DNA from: Escherichia phage p000y
Sequence record: MK047718.1
Strand: one strand, 5' to 3'
Length of the DNA: 64,000 bases
This document shows, one piece after another, positions 14,801 to 23,455 of this stretch. Below the pieces are notes generated by a model that ran no database searches, was not told where the DNA came from, and saw nothing but the letters and a program-made list of their open reading frames with translations. The translations under genes and the position numbers were made by a program. Positions within the stretch are counted from its first letter, which is position 1, and each line of letters starts with the position of its first letter.

Positions 14801-14989
14801 ATGATGCCTATTCCTGATACACACGAAAAAAGTTGGGAATACATTGGTGACGGCATGATGGAAGAAGTTATTCGTCCTAAGTCTGCTTCAAACTCTTCAA
14901 GTTATAATCATTCATACGTATCGTCTTGGCCTGGTGATTCCGGGTCAAGTTATTCTGATTGTGGTTCAAGCTCAGGGAGCTGCGAATGA
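14801..14989 (+). CDS. hypothetical Ser-rich protein (62 aa)
   Basis: ATG 14801, in frame with tracked ORF 14678-14989. C-terminal low-complexity SNSSSYNHSYVSSWPGDSGSSYSDCGSSSGSCE. Confidence 0.45.
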   Translation: MMPIPDTHEKSWEYIGDGMMEEVIRPKSASNSSSYNHSYVSSWPGDSGSSYSDCGSSSGSCE

Positions 14990-15165
14990 ACAAGATAGTT
15001 AAATGGTTTAAAAGCTGGGACGATGGTGTCGGTCCAGAAGATTGGCTGGATGTTCTTGAAGAGAATATGGCTAAAGAATTCCAGAAACATGAAGAAAAGC
15101 TCGTCGAAGATGAAGGCGAACGTATTGTAAAACTTTATATGGGTGAACCATCGAGGAAATTATAA
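14986..15165 (+). CDS. hypothetical acidic protein (59 aa)
   Basis: ATGA overlap with the upstream stop. Confidence 0.5.
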   Translation: MNKIVKWFKSWDDGVGPEDWLDVLEENMAKEFQKHEEKLVEDEGERIVKLYMGEPSRKL

Positions 15166-15629
15166 TGGATGCTATGCTATTTAAAATGTATTTGCTTGAA
15201 GCCAAGTCATTTAAACATATACCAGTAGAAGATAAGACTCCACTAGAAATAGCTATTCTCATTAACAAAAGTCTAAATAATCCGCAATATATCGTAGAAG
15301 AATTCTGCAAATTGCAGATTCCTAAAGGTTACAAAATTCGTGTAGAGCGAGTTGGAGCTATTACTCGTTCTAAAAATTCTCCGTTTAGTCTTGAAGAAGG
15401 CATAAAGGACTTAGGTTATGAATCTACGGAAAATGCAGTTTATGTGAATCCTGAAAAGCGTTTAGACCTGTTTGAAAAGCGAGACCATAAGTATTTTGCC
15501 AAAAAATACTTTATTACATCATTAGCAGATTTAATCCATTTGCAACGAGCTATTTGGAAATTTTTTAAGACAAAAGGTGTAGCACTAGAAACGTTCTCTG
15601 AACCTGCTAGTTTTTATCTCGGTGAATAA
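15165..15629 (+). CDS. hypothetical protein (154 aa), mrh region of the T4 map
   Basis: ORF coupled to its neighbours. Position corresponds to mrh, but I cannot confirm this by sequence. Confidence 0.55.
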   Translation: MDAMLFKMYLLEAKSFKHIPVEDKTPLEIAILINKSLNNPQYIVEEFCKLQIPKGYKIRVERVGAITRSKNSPFSLEEGIKDLGYESTENAVYVNPEKRLDLFEKRDHKYFAKKYFITSLADLIHLQRAIWKFFKTKGVALETFSEPASFYLGE

Positions 15630-15630
15630 T

Positions 15631-15810
15631 ATGGACCTTATGAGTATGTTTGATGAGCCTGAAGTTGAGGCTCCTAAAGTGCATCGTAGTGAACTTGTTG
15701 ATGAACTAGATAGTATTATACAGCGTCATGGCTTTAGTTTACCATTAGATGTCCTGAAAGACCTCGCCTCTTATTATGATGACCCTCCACCATGGAGTCC
15801 ATGGAAATGA
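15631..15810 (+). CDS. hypothetical acidic protein (59 aa)
   Basis: ATG 15631, 2 nt after the upstream stop. Confidence 0.5.
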   Translation: MDLMSMFDEPEVEAPKVHRSELVDELDSIIQRHGFSLPLDVLKDLASYYDDPPPWSPWK

Positions 15811-15971
15811 AAGAGAAATTGAAAGAGAAATTCTTACTAGAAATCAAGGAAAAAGACTTTGAGACATGGTATCGAATGGTGAAAGGGTTGACATTGCTTT
15901 TTAAAGCATCCTTATTCATGTTAGAACAACCTGGTCCTGATGGACCTTTAGTAGGAAAGCTTAAAAAGTAG
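15807..15971 (+). CDS. hypothetical protein (54 aa)
   Basis: ATGA overlap. MKEKLKEKFLLEIKEKDFETWYRMV.... Below the ORF-track cut-off. Confidence 0.45.
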   Translation: MKEKLKEKFLLEIKEKDFETWYRMVKGLTLLFKASLFMLEQPGPDGPLVGKLKK

Positions 15972-15999
15972 TTTACATTCCCTCCTCTCGTGTTATGAT
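15972..15999 (+). promoter_or_regulatory. early promoter (modA)
   Basis: TTTACA 15972-15977, 16 nt, TATGAT 15994-15999. Confidence 0.6.
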
Positions 16000-16026
16000 A
16001 GGCTTATCTTTAAATGGAGGTCTATC

Positions 16027-16608
16027 ATGACATGTCAATCTGAACTTCAAGAACGTGAATACCTAACAAATCTGATTGATAGCAAATTCACCCGCCAAGA
16101 ACAAAACATTCTCTGGGCTTGCACCGATTCTAAGGAAGACCCAGATTTCCACTATGAATTAGACCATCTTGTTCGTAAGCATATGACTTCTACAGTACCA
16201 GTAGAACTCTACCGTGGTGTAACTCCAGAAGAAGTAGAACGTCTTTCCCTTCTTTCTGTTGGATGCCATTGGTCTCCTGGACGAGTAACATCGTTCACAA
16301 CTGATTTCGGTACGGCTCGTCAATTCTCCGGGAGATGGGAATATCAGACGTACACTATTCTTAGTCTCAGGAATGCTCCATTCATTTTTGATTACTACCA
16401 AAACATGGTTAACATTGTACTCGCCGGAAAGAACCCTAAACATGTTATGGAAGAAACGCGTGTTGACGTCTTAGATATGATTGAATCTGAACAAGAGTAC
16501 ATGGTCTCAAGTATCTCTAGATTTGAGATTGTGGAAATTGAAGACTTAGAATATGACCCTTTATCTCGATTATACAAAATCATTCATTTGAAAATGTTGA
16601 ATTTTTAG
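16027..16608 (+). CDS. modA: ModA-like ADP-ribosyltransferase
   Basis: R-S-ExE ART triad: ELYRGV, VTSFTTDFGTARQF, ESEQEYMV. First of two adjacent paralogues upstream of srd/dda, as in T4. Confidence 0.75.
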   Translation: MTCQSELQEREYLTNLIDSKFTRQEQNILWACTDSKEDPDFHYELDHLVRKHMTSTVPVELYRGVTPEEVERLSLLSVGCHWSPGRVTSFTTDFGTARQFSGRWEYQTYTILSLRNAPFIFDYYQNMVNIVLAGKNPKHVMEETRVDVLDMIESEQEYMVSSISRFEIVEIEDLEYDPLSRLYKIIHLKMLNF

Positions 16609-16637
16609 TGTACAAACTCTTCCGATGATGATACTAT
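16609..16637 (+). promoter_or_regulatory. early promoter (modB)
   Basis: TGTACA 16609-16614, 17 nt, TACTAT 16632-16637. Confidence 0.6.
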
Positions 16638-16665
16638 AGACCTATCAACCACAGGAGAAACCTAA

Positions 16666-17274
16666 ATGTTTATGCCGTATAACGAGTGTGAAATTGAAGA
16701 AATGGTTCGTCGTGCTCAAAACCCTGAATATCAAGATGAATTGCAGTATGAAATTGATAGTCAATTCAGTGACATTGAACAAAGTGTACTGTGGCGGTGT
16801 ATGGAAAACAAGCCAGACTGTATTCAACAGGAGTTAAGTTCAATCGTTCGTAGAAATTGGACGTCTTCTGTTCCTGAGACAATGTATCGTGGAATCTCTA
16901 AGAAAACTATGGCCGCACTCGATGATAAAGGCATTGGTAGTATTATTAAATTTGACAGAGTAATGAGCTTCAGCCCAGTGTTCGGTGTAGCACGTAACTT
17001 TGCTTCGTATAATTTTTACGGAACATTTAATATGTTCTGCATCAAAGATGCACCATTTGCTTTCAACTTCCGTGAACATATGCTTAACATGATTCTGGCT
17101 GCGCCATCTTGTGAGTTCAATGGAGCTTTCCCTGAAGCGACAAGACGGTCTAATGCTAGACTTATATCCGACGAATGTGAATTTATGCTCCCTATAGGGA
17201 CTACACTGCGTGTAGATTCTATTATTCAAGATGGACGTTATACAATCTGGAATCTGTCTATTGTCAGTTACTGA
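16666..17274 (+). CDS. modB: ModB-like ADP-ribosyltransferase
   Basis: R-S-ExE triad: TMYRGI, VMSFSPVFGVARNF, SDECEFML. Paralogue of the preceding gene. Confidence 0.75.
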   Translation: MFMPYNECEIEEMVRRAQNPEYQDELQYEIDSQFSDIEQSVLWRCMENKPDCIQQELSSIVRRNWTSSVPETMYRGISKKTMAALDDKGIGSIIKFDRVMSFSPVFGVARNFASYNFYGTFNMFCIKDAPFAFNFREHMLNMILAAPSCEFNGAFPEATRRSNARLISDECEFMLPIGTTLRVDSIIQDGRYTIWNLSIVSY

Positions 17275-17349
17275 CTGAATTGGAATAACCGGATGGAACT
17301 CAGAACCATTATAACACATAAAAAATTAAAGCATTTTACGAAAAAAGAG

Positions 17350-17378
17350 TGTACACTACCTGAGGGCATGATATTATA
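17350..17378 (+). promoter_or_regulatory. early promoter (srd)
   Basis: TGTACA 17350-17355, 16 nt, TATTAT 17372-17377. Confidence 0.55.
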
Positions 17379-17427
17379 GACTTATCAGCTAAATGACCTT
17401 AACGTCCGTAAGACAGAGGAAAATATT

Positions 17428-18174
17428 ATGTTATCAAATAATAAAATTAACAAAATCAATCGTCGTCTTGACCACACCAGAGCTTCTGCGAAGAGACGCT
17501 CTAAGGATTTTAACTTAGACTTTAATTACCTTAAAAACATTCTTGATCAAAAGGTCTGCGCTTACTCAGGCGAATCTTTCAATAACTCTGTTGAAGGTGA
17601 GAAATTATCCTTAGAACGTTTTAATAACGATATCGGCTACATTAAAGGTAATGTTATCCCAGTTAAGAAAAAATATAACACGGCTCGTTCTGATTTAACA
17701 TTAGAAGAACTTATTGAGAAACGTGACGCTGTTGCAAGACGTATTGCTAATCCTTCTGCCCGTAAAGTAGAGAAACTTAATCTCGACGAGAAGAAATGGG
17801 CCCAAATTAAAAAGGTTTATGATACTATTTTAAAAATACGAGCAAAACGTGAAAATCGTGTTAAGCATATGGCGAACATGATGAAAAATCAACCTTTATC
17901 TAACGAATCTAAACTTAGAATTGTTGCTTTGAAAGCACGCATTAATGGCTCACATCAAGCAGAAGGCCATGAACTTACTAAACTCAACGTTCTTCTTAAA
18001 GGCTCTGACTGGAAAACTAAAACTAAATTAACTGACGCTGAATCGCTTTTCGATACATATGATAAAGTTATCCAAGGTCTGCAACGTTTTGAAAAGATTG
18101 GTTTCATTGGTAAATTAAAATTGAAACGTGGCTTACCACTTAGCGCATCATTATTCCAACTGATTAAAGGTTAA
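17428..18174 (+). CDS. srd: Srd-like protein (by position and size)
   Basis: 248 aa between modB and dda.1/dda, as T4 srd. Basic, coiled-coil-like C-terminal half. Confidence 0.55.
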   Translation: MLSNNKINKINRRLDHTRASAKRRSKDFNLDFNYLKNILDQKVCAYSGESFNNSVEGEKLSLERFNNDIGYIKGNVIPVKKKYNTARSDLTLEELIEKRDAVARRIANPSARKVEKLNLDEKKWAQIKKVYDTILKIRAKRENRVKHMANMMKNQPLSNESKLRIVALKARINGSHQAEGHELTKLNVLLKGSDWKTKTKLTDAESLFDTYDKVIQGLQRFEKIGFIGKLKLKRGLPLSASLFQLIKG

Positions 18175-18176
18175 TT

Positions 18177-18488
18177 ATGGTTTATGTATATGCAATAGTT
18201 TATCGAGATATGGAAGGATTTACTGTCCCGGTTCCACTTGATGAGCATCGTCCTGCAGTATTTTTTAGAAAGGATATTGCAGATAAAGTTTTCGATACTT
18301 TGAAAACACAGTATAAAACAGATTTAAAAATGGGAGTTCTAAGAATGGTCGAAACTCCGCGTAAGTTTTGGTTTAATAAGCTTGAAATGAAACACGTTAA
18401 ACTAGATGCGGAGACGCAAAGATTGTATCAACGAATTCTGGACACAGGCCGTATTGTTAGTATTCCAATTGCAGGGACTTTACGATGA
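18177..18488 (+). CDS. hypothetical protein (103 aa), dda.1 position
   Basis: Coupled to dda by an ATGA overlap at 18485. Confidence 0.6.
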   Translation: MVYVYAIVYRDMEGFTVPVPLDEHRPAVFFRKDIADKVFDTLKTQYKTDLKMGVLRMVETPRKFWFNKLEMKHVKLDAETQRLYQRILDTGRIVSIPIAGTLR

Positions 18489-19798
18489 CATTTGATGATT
18501 TGACTGAAGGTCAGAAAAACGCCTTCAACGTTGTTATGAACGCTATTAAAGAAAAGAAACATCACGTAACTATTAATGGGCCCGCTGGTACAGGTAAAAC
18601 AACCCTTACTAGATTCATCGTTGAAGCTCTTATTTCTGCCGGAGAATCAGGTATTATTTTAGCAGCCCCTACACATGCTGCTAAAAAGGTTCTAAGCAAA
18701 CTTGCTGGTCAAGAAGCATCGACTATTCATAGCATTCTTAAAATCAACCCAACTACATACGAAGAAAACGTATTGTTTGAACAGAAAAAGGTTCCCGACT
18801 TAGCCTTGTGTCGTGTACTGTTATTTGATGAAGCGTCAATGTGCGACCGTTCTCTGTTTAAAATAATGTTAGCTAGTATCCCTAAATGGTGTACAGTAAT
18901 TGGAATCGGCGACCGATGCCAGATTCGTCCGGTAGACCCAGGCGAATCAACTGCGTATCTAAGTCCTTTCTTCACTCACAAAGACTTCGTGCAATGCAAC
19001 CTTACAGAAGTTAAACGTAGCAATGCACCAATTATTGATGTTGCGACTGATATTCGTAATGGCAAATGGATTTACGATAAAGTAGTTGATGGACACGGTG
19101 TTCATGGATATACAGACCTTAAATCCTATATGATGAACTATTTTAACGTCGTTAAAACTCCTGAAGACCTTTTCGAAAATCGAATGATGGCATTCACAAA
19201 TAAGTCGGTGGACAAGTTGAATTCAATTATTCGCCGAAAACTTCTTGAAACAGAAAAACCGTTTATTAAAGACGAAGTCATTGTTCTACAAGAGCCATTT
19301 ACTAAGACATATAAACTAGATGGCAAAAATATGACCGAAATGCTTTTCAATAACGGGCAATTCGTTCGTATTCGAGATGCTGTAGAAACGTCTACATTCG
19401 TTAAAGCACGTGGTGTTTCAGGCGAATATATGATACGATACTGGAATCTTACAGTAGAAACATATGGGGATGATGAAGAATACATCCGCGAAGATATAAA
19501 GGTTATTTCTTCTGAAGAAGAGCTTTATAAATTCAATTTGTTTTTGGCTAAGACCGCAGAAACATACAAATTCTGGAATAAAGGCGGTAAAGCTCCATGG
19601 AGCGAATTCTGGGATGCTAAACGTATGTTCACTAAGGTGAAGGCACTACCAGTATCAACCTTCCATAAGGCCCAGGGCATGTCCGTCAATACAGCCTTTG
19701 TTTATACTCCGTGTATCCATTACGCTGATTCAGAATTAGCTAAACAGTTATTGTATGTCGGCACAACTCGTGGTCGTTTTGACGTCCATTTTATTTGA
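18485..19798 (+). CDS. dda: Dda SF1B DNA helicase
   Basis: MTFDDLTEGQKNAFN..., Walker A GPAGTGKTT, C-terminal STFHKAQGMSV...YVGTTRGR match T4 Dda. Confidence 0.97.
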   Translation: MTFDDLTEGQKNAFNVVMNAIKEKKHHVTINGPAGTGKTTLTRFIVEALISAGESGIILAAPTHAAKKVLSKLAGQEASTIHSILKINPTTYEENVLFEQKKVPDLALCRVLLFDEASMCDRSLFKIMLASIPKWCTVIGIGDRCQIRPVDPGESTAYLSPFFTHKDFVQCNLTEVKRSNAPIIDVATDIRNGKWIYDKVVDGHGVHGYTDLKSYMMNYFNVVKTPEDLFENRMMAFTNKSVDKLNSIIRRKLLETEKPFIKDEVIVLQEPFTKTYKLDGKNMTEMLFNNGQFVRIRDAVETSTFVKARGVSGEYMIRYWNLTVETYGDDEEYIREDIKVISSEEELYKFNLFLAKTAETYKFWNKGGKAPWSEFWDAKRMFTKVKALPVSTFHKAQGMSVNTAFVYTPCIHYADSELAKQLLYVGTTRGRFDVHFI

Positions 19799-19807
19799 GA
19801 GAAAATT

Positions 19808-20485
19808 ATGAGCACTGATGTTATTATAGATTTTGAAACATTCGGCAATACATCAAAAGCGGCTGTTATTGACCTTGCGGTTATTGCATATAATTCCGAC
19901 CCTGAAGTTGTTGAATCATTTGAAGAACTTGTTCAACGAGGTAAGCGAATTAAATTTAATTTAGCTTCTCAGAAAGGGAAGCGAGTTTTCGCTAAATCCA
20001 CTATGAAATGGTGGAAAGAACAATCAGCAGAAGCACGTAAAAACCTGGCTCCGTCTGAAGACGATGTCACTACGCTTGAAGGTATTAAAATCTTTTTAGA
20101 TTATTGTCGAGCTAATAAAGTTGACCAATGGAAATCACAGATGTGGTGCCGTGGTATGAGCTTTGACTTCCCGATCTTGGTCGATTTGATTCGTGATCTC
20201 TATCGTGATGAAGGTGTTCTTGAACCAGATATTGATACTGATAAATTAGAACCTGTTAAATTCTGGGCTCAACGTGATATTCGTACGGCAATCGAAGCTT
20301 ACTCGTTGACACGAGGATTAAGTATGTGTCCATTACCGATGGGTACGCTAAAAGGATTCGTTGCCCATGATAGTATTCACGATTGTGCTAAAGATATTTT
20401 GATGTTAAAATATGCTCAGCGTTATGCGCTTGGCCTTGAAGATGTCCCTGAGAATCCTGACCCGTTAAGTGTAAAACAGCGATAA
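19808..20485 (+). CDS. dexA: DexA exonuclease A
   Basis: 225 aa with a DEDD-type N-terminus IIDFETFG and a C-terminal HDSIHDC. Position after dda as in T4. Confidence 0.85.
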   Translation: MSTDVIIDFETFGNTSKAAVIDLAVIAYNSDPEVVESFEELVQRGKRIKFNLASQKGKRVFAKSTMKWWKEQSAEARKNLAPSEDDVTTLEGIKIFLDYCRANKVDQWKSQMWCRGMSFDFPILVDLIRDLYRDEGVLEPDIDTDKLEPVKFWAQRDIRTAIEAYSLTRGLSMCPLPMGTLKGFVAHDSIHDCAKDILMLKYAQRYALGLEDVPENPDPLSVKQR

Positions 20486-20491
20486 AACCAG

Positions 20492-20520
20492 TTTACAACC
20501 AAGGATGGTTGGAGTATAAT
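20492..20520 (+). promoter_or_regulatory. early promoter with spacer hairpin
   Basis: TTTACA 20492-20497, 17 nt, TATAAT 20515-20520. The spacer forms CAACCA-AGGA-TGGTTG. Confidence 0.7.
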
Positions 20521-20550
20521 CTTTCTATCTTAACCAAACAGGAAAACATT

Positions 20551-21045
20551 ATGAATATCAATACCACGGCTACTTACATCCTGAAAGATGAAAAACAAAT
20601 CAACTGGTACGGTGCTTCAGTGCGAGCTTATGAAAAGTTTTGTGAAATTTTAGGTGCCACTCAAGGTAATAGTTTCACTATTGTTAACTTCATCAAACAA
20701 GTTGAAGGCCCTTGGTTATTCTTAGAAATTAAAAATTCATATGGTATAATTTCTACTACCGCCCTTCCAAGCACCGACTTTGAACTGTTGATTGAAGAAG
20801 TAGAACCCGTTAAAGATATCTGTATTGATATGGATATCGCTTGTATGTACGGTACTCTGATTAAGCCTATTGAGCCTACTGATTTGTTGTGTAAATATGT
20901 TTCAATTCGACGCCCATTCGCTGGTCCAGTAAATGGATGGGTAACTGACCAATGGATTGAAGACGGTGTTGAACTTCTGAACGTTGTTCATGCAGGTGAT
21001 TTTAGTGTAGTTCCACGTAGTGCTGTGGTTAATATCCTTAATTAA
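20551..21045 (+). CDS. hypothetical protein, member 1 of a tandem paralogue triplet
   Basis: ATG 20551 after the early promoter at 20492-20520. Shares the C-terminal motif GWVTDQWIEDGVELLNVVHAGDFSVVP with the next two ORFs. Confidence 0.6.
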   Translation: MNINTTATYILKDEKQINWYGASVRAYEKFCEILGATQGNSFTIVNFIKQVEGPWLFLEIKNSYGIISTTALPSTDFELLIEEVEPVKDICIDMDIACMYGTLIKPIEPTDLLCKYVSIRRPFAGPVNGWVTDQWIEDGVELLNVVHAGDFSVVPRSAVVNILN

Positions 21046-21048
21046 TGT

Positions 21049-21077
21049 TGTACATCCAAGGACGGATGGAGTATAAT
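21049..21077 (+). promoter_or_regulatory. early promoter with spacer hairpin
   Basis: TGTACA 21049-21054, 17 nt, TATAAT 21072-21077. Spacer CATCC-AAGGAC-GGATG. Confidence 0.7.
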
Positions 21078-21107
21078 GAATTCAACTTAAACAAAGAGAG
21101 AGAAATT

Positions 21108-21563
21108 ATGATTACTATTGGTGAAATTAAGCGTGTATCGTCTGCATCTCGTTCTAAAGCTGCAGGTCGTCTAGTTGAAGTGGTAGGACTTCGTACTAAT
21201 GGTACTGGTCGTGTTAAAGAAGTTAAAGTTCGAATCATTCCTAGTTCTGGAAAAACTGAAACTCAGTACGCTTACGTAAGTCCTAAATTCTTGGAAACTC
21301 ATGTGAGCGCTCATTTTGCTTCTACTGAACCTAATGTACAGTTCAAATGGGCCTTGTGTAAAGGTGTTGAATTCCAGACTGATAAAGAATTTGACTTCAT
21401 CGATGAATACGGTTATCCAAGCAAAACTGATACTATGTGTGGCTTCATTAGTGACCAATGGGTTGAAGATGGTGAAAAGTTATACAATATCGTATTCTTA
21501 GGTGACTTCCGAGTTGTTAAAGAATCTGAAATCACTCGCTATGTGTCTCCTCGTAAAGCTTAA
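21108..21563 (+). CDS. hypothetical protein, member 2 of a tandem paralogue triplet
   Basis: ATG 21108 after the early promoter at 21049-21077. Motifs SSASRSKAAGRLVEVV and GFISDQWVEDGEKLYNIVFLGDFRVV. Confidence 0.6.
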   Translation: MITIGEIKRVSSASRSKAAGRLVEVVGLRTNGTGRVKEVKVRIIPSSGKTETQYAYVSPKFLETHVSAHFASTEPNVQFKWALCKGVEFQTDKEFDFIDEYGYPSKTDTMCGFISDQWVEDGEKLYNIVFLGDFRVVKESEITRYVSPRKA

Positions 21564-21572
21564 GGAATTATT

Positions 21573-21992
21573 ATGAATATTGTAAATCTCTCTACAGGTG
21601 ATTACGTATATGTATCTGTTGCTTCTCGCTCTAAAGTTGCCGGGAAGTTGGTTGAAGTTCTTTCTGTGAGTGATCCGGTTTTTGGTCGTAACCAAGTTAA
21701 AGTTCGTGATGCTAATGGTAATATTGGCTACATCTCAAGCCAGTTCATTGAGCCAGAAGAACGTGCGTTCAAATGGAAACTGTGCAGGTCAGTTTTAGTT
21801 GTAAAAGACCATGAATTTACTATTGCTGCCGCAACTGATGGGTCTCCATGGACAACGAATCAAGTCGCTGGTTTTATTTCAGACCAATGGGTTGAAGATG
21901 GTGTTAAGCTTTATAACATCGTTTTCGCCGGACAGTTCATGGTAGTTCCTGAATTCCAAATCAAAGGATATAGCCAAGCATCTTTTGCATAA
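21573..21992 (+). CDS. hypothetical protein, member 3 of a tandem paralogue triplet
   Basis: Motifs SVASRSKVAGKLVEVL and GFISDQWVEDGVKLYNIVFAGQFMVV. Confidence 0.6.
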   Translation: MNIVNLSTGDYVYVSVASRSKVAGKLVEVLSVSDPVFGRNQVKVRDANGNIGYISSQFIEPEERAFKWKLCRSVLVVKDHEFTIAAATDGSPWTTNQVAGFISDQWVEDGVKLYNIVFAGQFMVVPEFQIKGYSQASFA

Positions 21993-21997
21993 AGTTG

Positions 21998-22046
21998 TTT
22001 ACTTCTCCTCCGGTTTTGATATTATAACCATATCAACCAGAGGAGA
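21998..22046 (+). promoter_or_regulatory. early promoter embedded in a stem-loop
   Basis: TTTACT 21998-22003, -10 TATTAT 22020-22025. IR TCTCCTCCGGTT (22004-22015) / AACCAGAGGAGA (22035-22046), 11 of 12 bp; the 3' arm contains the SD of ORF 22052. Confidence 0.65.
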
Positions 22047-22051
22047 ATAAT

Positions 22052-22576
22052 ATGTTAGTTTACCGCGTAGAACGTAGTTTTTGTACTCAACGTGAATCAT
22101 TACCAGGAATTGCTATCGAAGACGGTAAAGCCGTCAGAATTTGGGAAACCTCTTGGAATAAAGAACCTCGCTCGCCATACGGTTGGTCGGGCACCGACAA
22201 CTCTGAAGAAACATGGGAGTTCCTTGATAAGCATGGAATACTCTCAGGTAACTTCTACCATCACGGCGACAACTATAATGTCCCTAATCGTCCTACAGTA
22301 AATGAAGACAAACTCCTTGAACAAAATATCTTAAGATACCATAGAATTGAGTACACATTTGAATTGAGTGAAGATTGGGCTCAAGGGTTCTATTTTGGAT
22401 TTGAAAGCGTTGACGCGGTTTATGCATGGTTTGATGACCAGGTGGATGTTGAACTCTTGAAAGCTAAAGGATACTACATCGCGGTCTATGAAGCACCTGA
22501 TTTCATCCTCGGAAGTTGTCAATTAATGTTCAGACGTTCATTGGCAGAACAAGTTGATTTTATTTTGCTAAAATGA
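22052..22576 (+). CDS. hypothetical protein (174 aa)
   Basis: Early promoter/stem-loop at 21998-22046 and GAGGAG SD. No recognisable family. Confidence 0.6.
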   Translation: MLVYRVERSFCTQRESLPGIAIEDGKAVRIWETSWNKEPRSPYGWSGTDNSEETWEFLDKHGILSGNFYHHGDNYNVPNRPTVNEDKLLEQNILRYHRIEYTFELSEDWAQGFYFGFESVDAVYAWFDDQVDVELLKAKGYYIAVYEAPDFILGSCQLMFRRSLAEQVDFILLK

Positions 22577-22605
22577 TGTACAACAACTATGGTTTATGAT
22601 ACTAT
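22577..22605 (+). promoter_or_regulatory. early promoter
   Basis: TGTACA 22577-22582, 17 nt, TACTAT 22600-22605. Confidence 0.6.
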
Positions 22606-22633
22606 AGACCTATCAAATCAAGAGGAGAATATT

Positions 22634-22861
22634 ATGAAATGTCAAATCATTAAAAACGTAACTACTGATTCAAACATCGATGAGTTTGAAGATGTTCTGT
22701 TTAATCCTGATTTAGTTGTTGTACAGAAAAACTGGACCGGATTTTTATGCTACACCGAAGTGGTTTACGTTTACGAAAAACTCGGCGATGAAATGCCTAT
22801 CTATGGTATCTTCCGTGAAATCACTGAAAACGGTACAACTTATTGGAAGGAAACTTACTAA
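22634..22861 (+). CDS. hypothetical protein (75 aa)
   Basis: ATG 22634 with GAGGAG SD after the early promoter at 22577-22605. Confidence 0.55.
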   Translation: MKCQIIKNVTTDSNIDEFEDVLFNPDLVVVQKNWTGFLCYTEVVYVYEKLGDEMPIYGIFREITENGTTYWKETY

Positions 22862-23271
22862 TGGCTAATAAATTCCGCGTTAACTCATGGTACCAATTTA
22901 AAGATAAACGTGCCCAAGAAGAGTTTATTAAGGACCACACCGATAATGGTATTTATGCACGACGTCTTGGCATGGAACCATTTAAAGTATTAGATGTTGA
23001 CCATCTTGGTCGTCCTACTAAAATTGTGACATCTACTGGCATGGTTGGATACGCGACAGGTGGTGATATCCTTGATGAAAACTTTATCTGGCTCTCCACG
23101 AATGAAGCAGAGTTTTTTGATGAAGTGGGAAATCCGTATCAAGCGTCCGAAGAGCAAGATTCTGGTGAACTTGACGAATTGTCTGAATTTCCGGTGATGA
23201 CAATTACTATCGAAAATAACGACCAGGCATGGTCTTTGTATCAAATGTTGAAAGCACATTTTAAGGAATAA
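22861..23271 (+). CDS. hypothetical protein (136 aa)
   Basis: TAATG overlap with the upstream stop. Resembles 23456-23878 and 50784-51188 in its N- and C-terminal patterns. Confidence 0.55.
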   Translation: MANKFRVNSWYQFKDKRAQEEFIKDHTDNGIYARRLGMEPFKVLDVDHLGRPTKIVTSTGMVGYATGGDILDENFIWLSTNEAEFFDEVGNPYQASEEQDSGELDELSEFPVMTITIENNDQAWSLYQMLKAHFKE

Positions 23272-23273
23272 TA

Positions 23274-23453
23274 ATGCCGTTATACGACTATAAATGCCAA
23301 TCTGAAGATTGCGGACATGAATATGAAAAAATTAAAAGGATTTCTGAACGAGAAAACGATGTTTGCCCTGAATGTCATCGTCTGTCTACTCGTCGGGTTT
23401 CTGCTCCTAAACATGTGAACGGTGGTTTTTACGACTTACTTAAGAAGGGTTAA
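23274..23453 (+). CDS. FmdB/CxxC zinc-ribbon family small protein (59 aa)
   Basis: MPLYDYKCQSEDCGHEYE...(x)...CPECH matches the FmdB-type pattern MPxYEYxCxxCGxxFE...CPxCG. Below the ORF-track cut-off. Confidence 0.6.
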   Translation: MPLYDYKCQSEDCGHEYEKIKRISERENDVCPECHRLSTRRVSAPKHVNGGFYDLLKKG

Positions 23454-23455
23454 TT

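Noticed and set aside
16840-17319. 159-aa ORF on the - strand
   Set aside because: It is entirely antisense to the well-supported modB-like gene, has no SD or promoter, and its composition is typical of a shadow ORF.
17428-17700. HNH / endonuclease-like motif in the Srd-like N-terminus (LSLERFNNDIGYIKGNVIPV...N)
   Set aside because: It resembles the DR.DN..GY..GN core of some phage nucleases, but the catalytic His residues are absent. The resemblance is too weak to call a nuclease.
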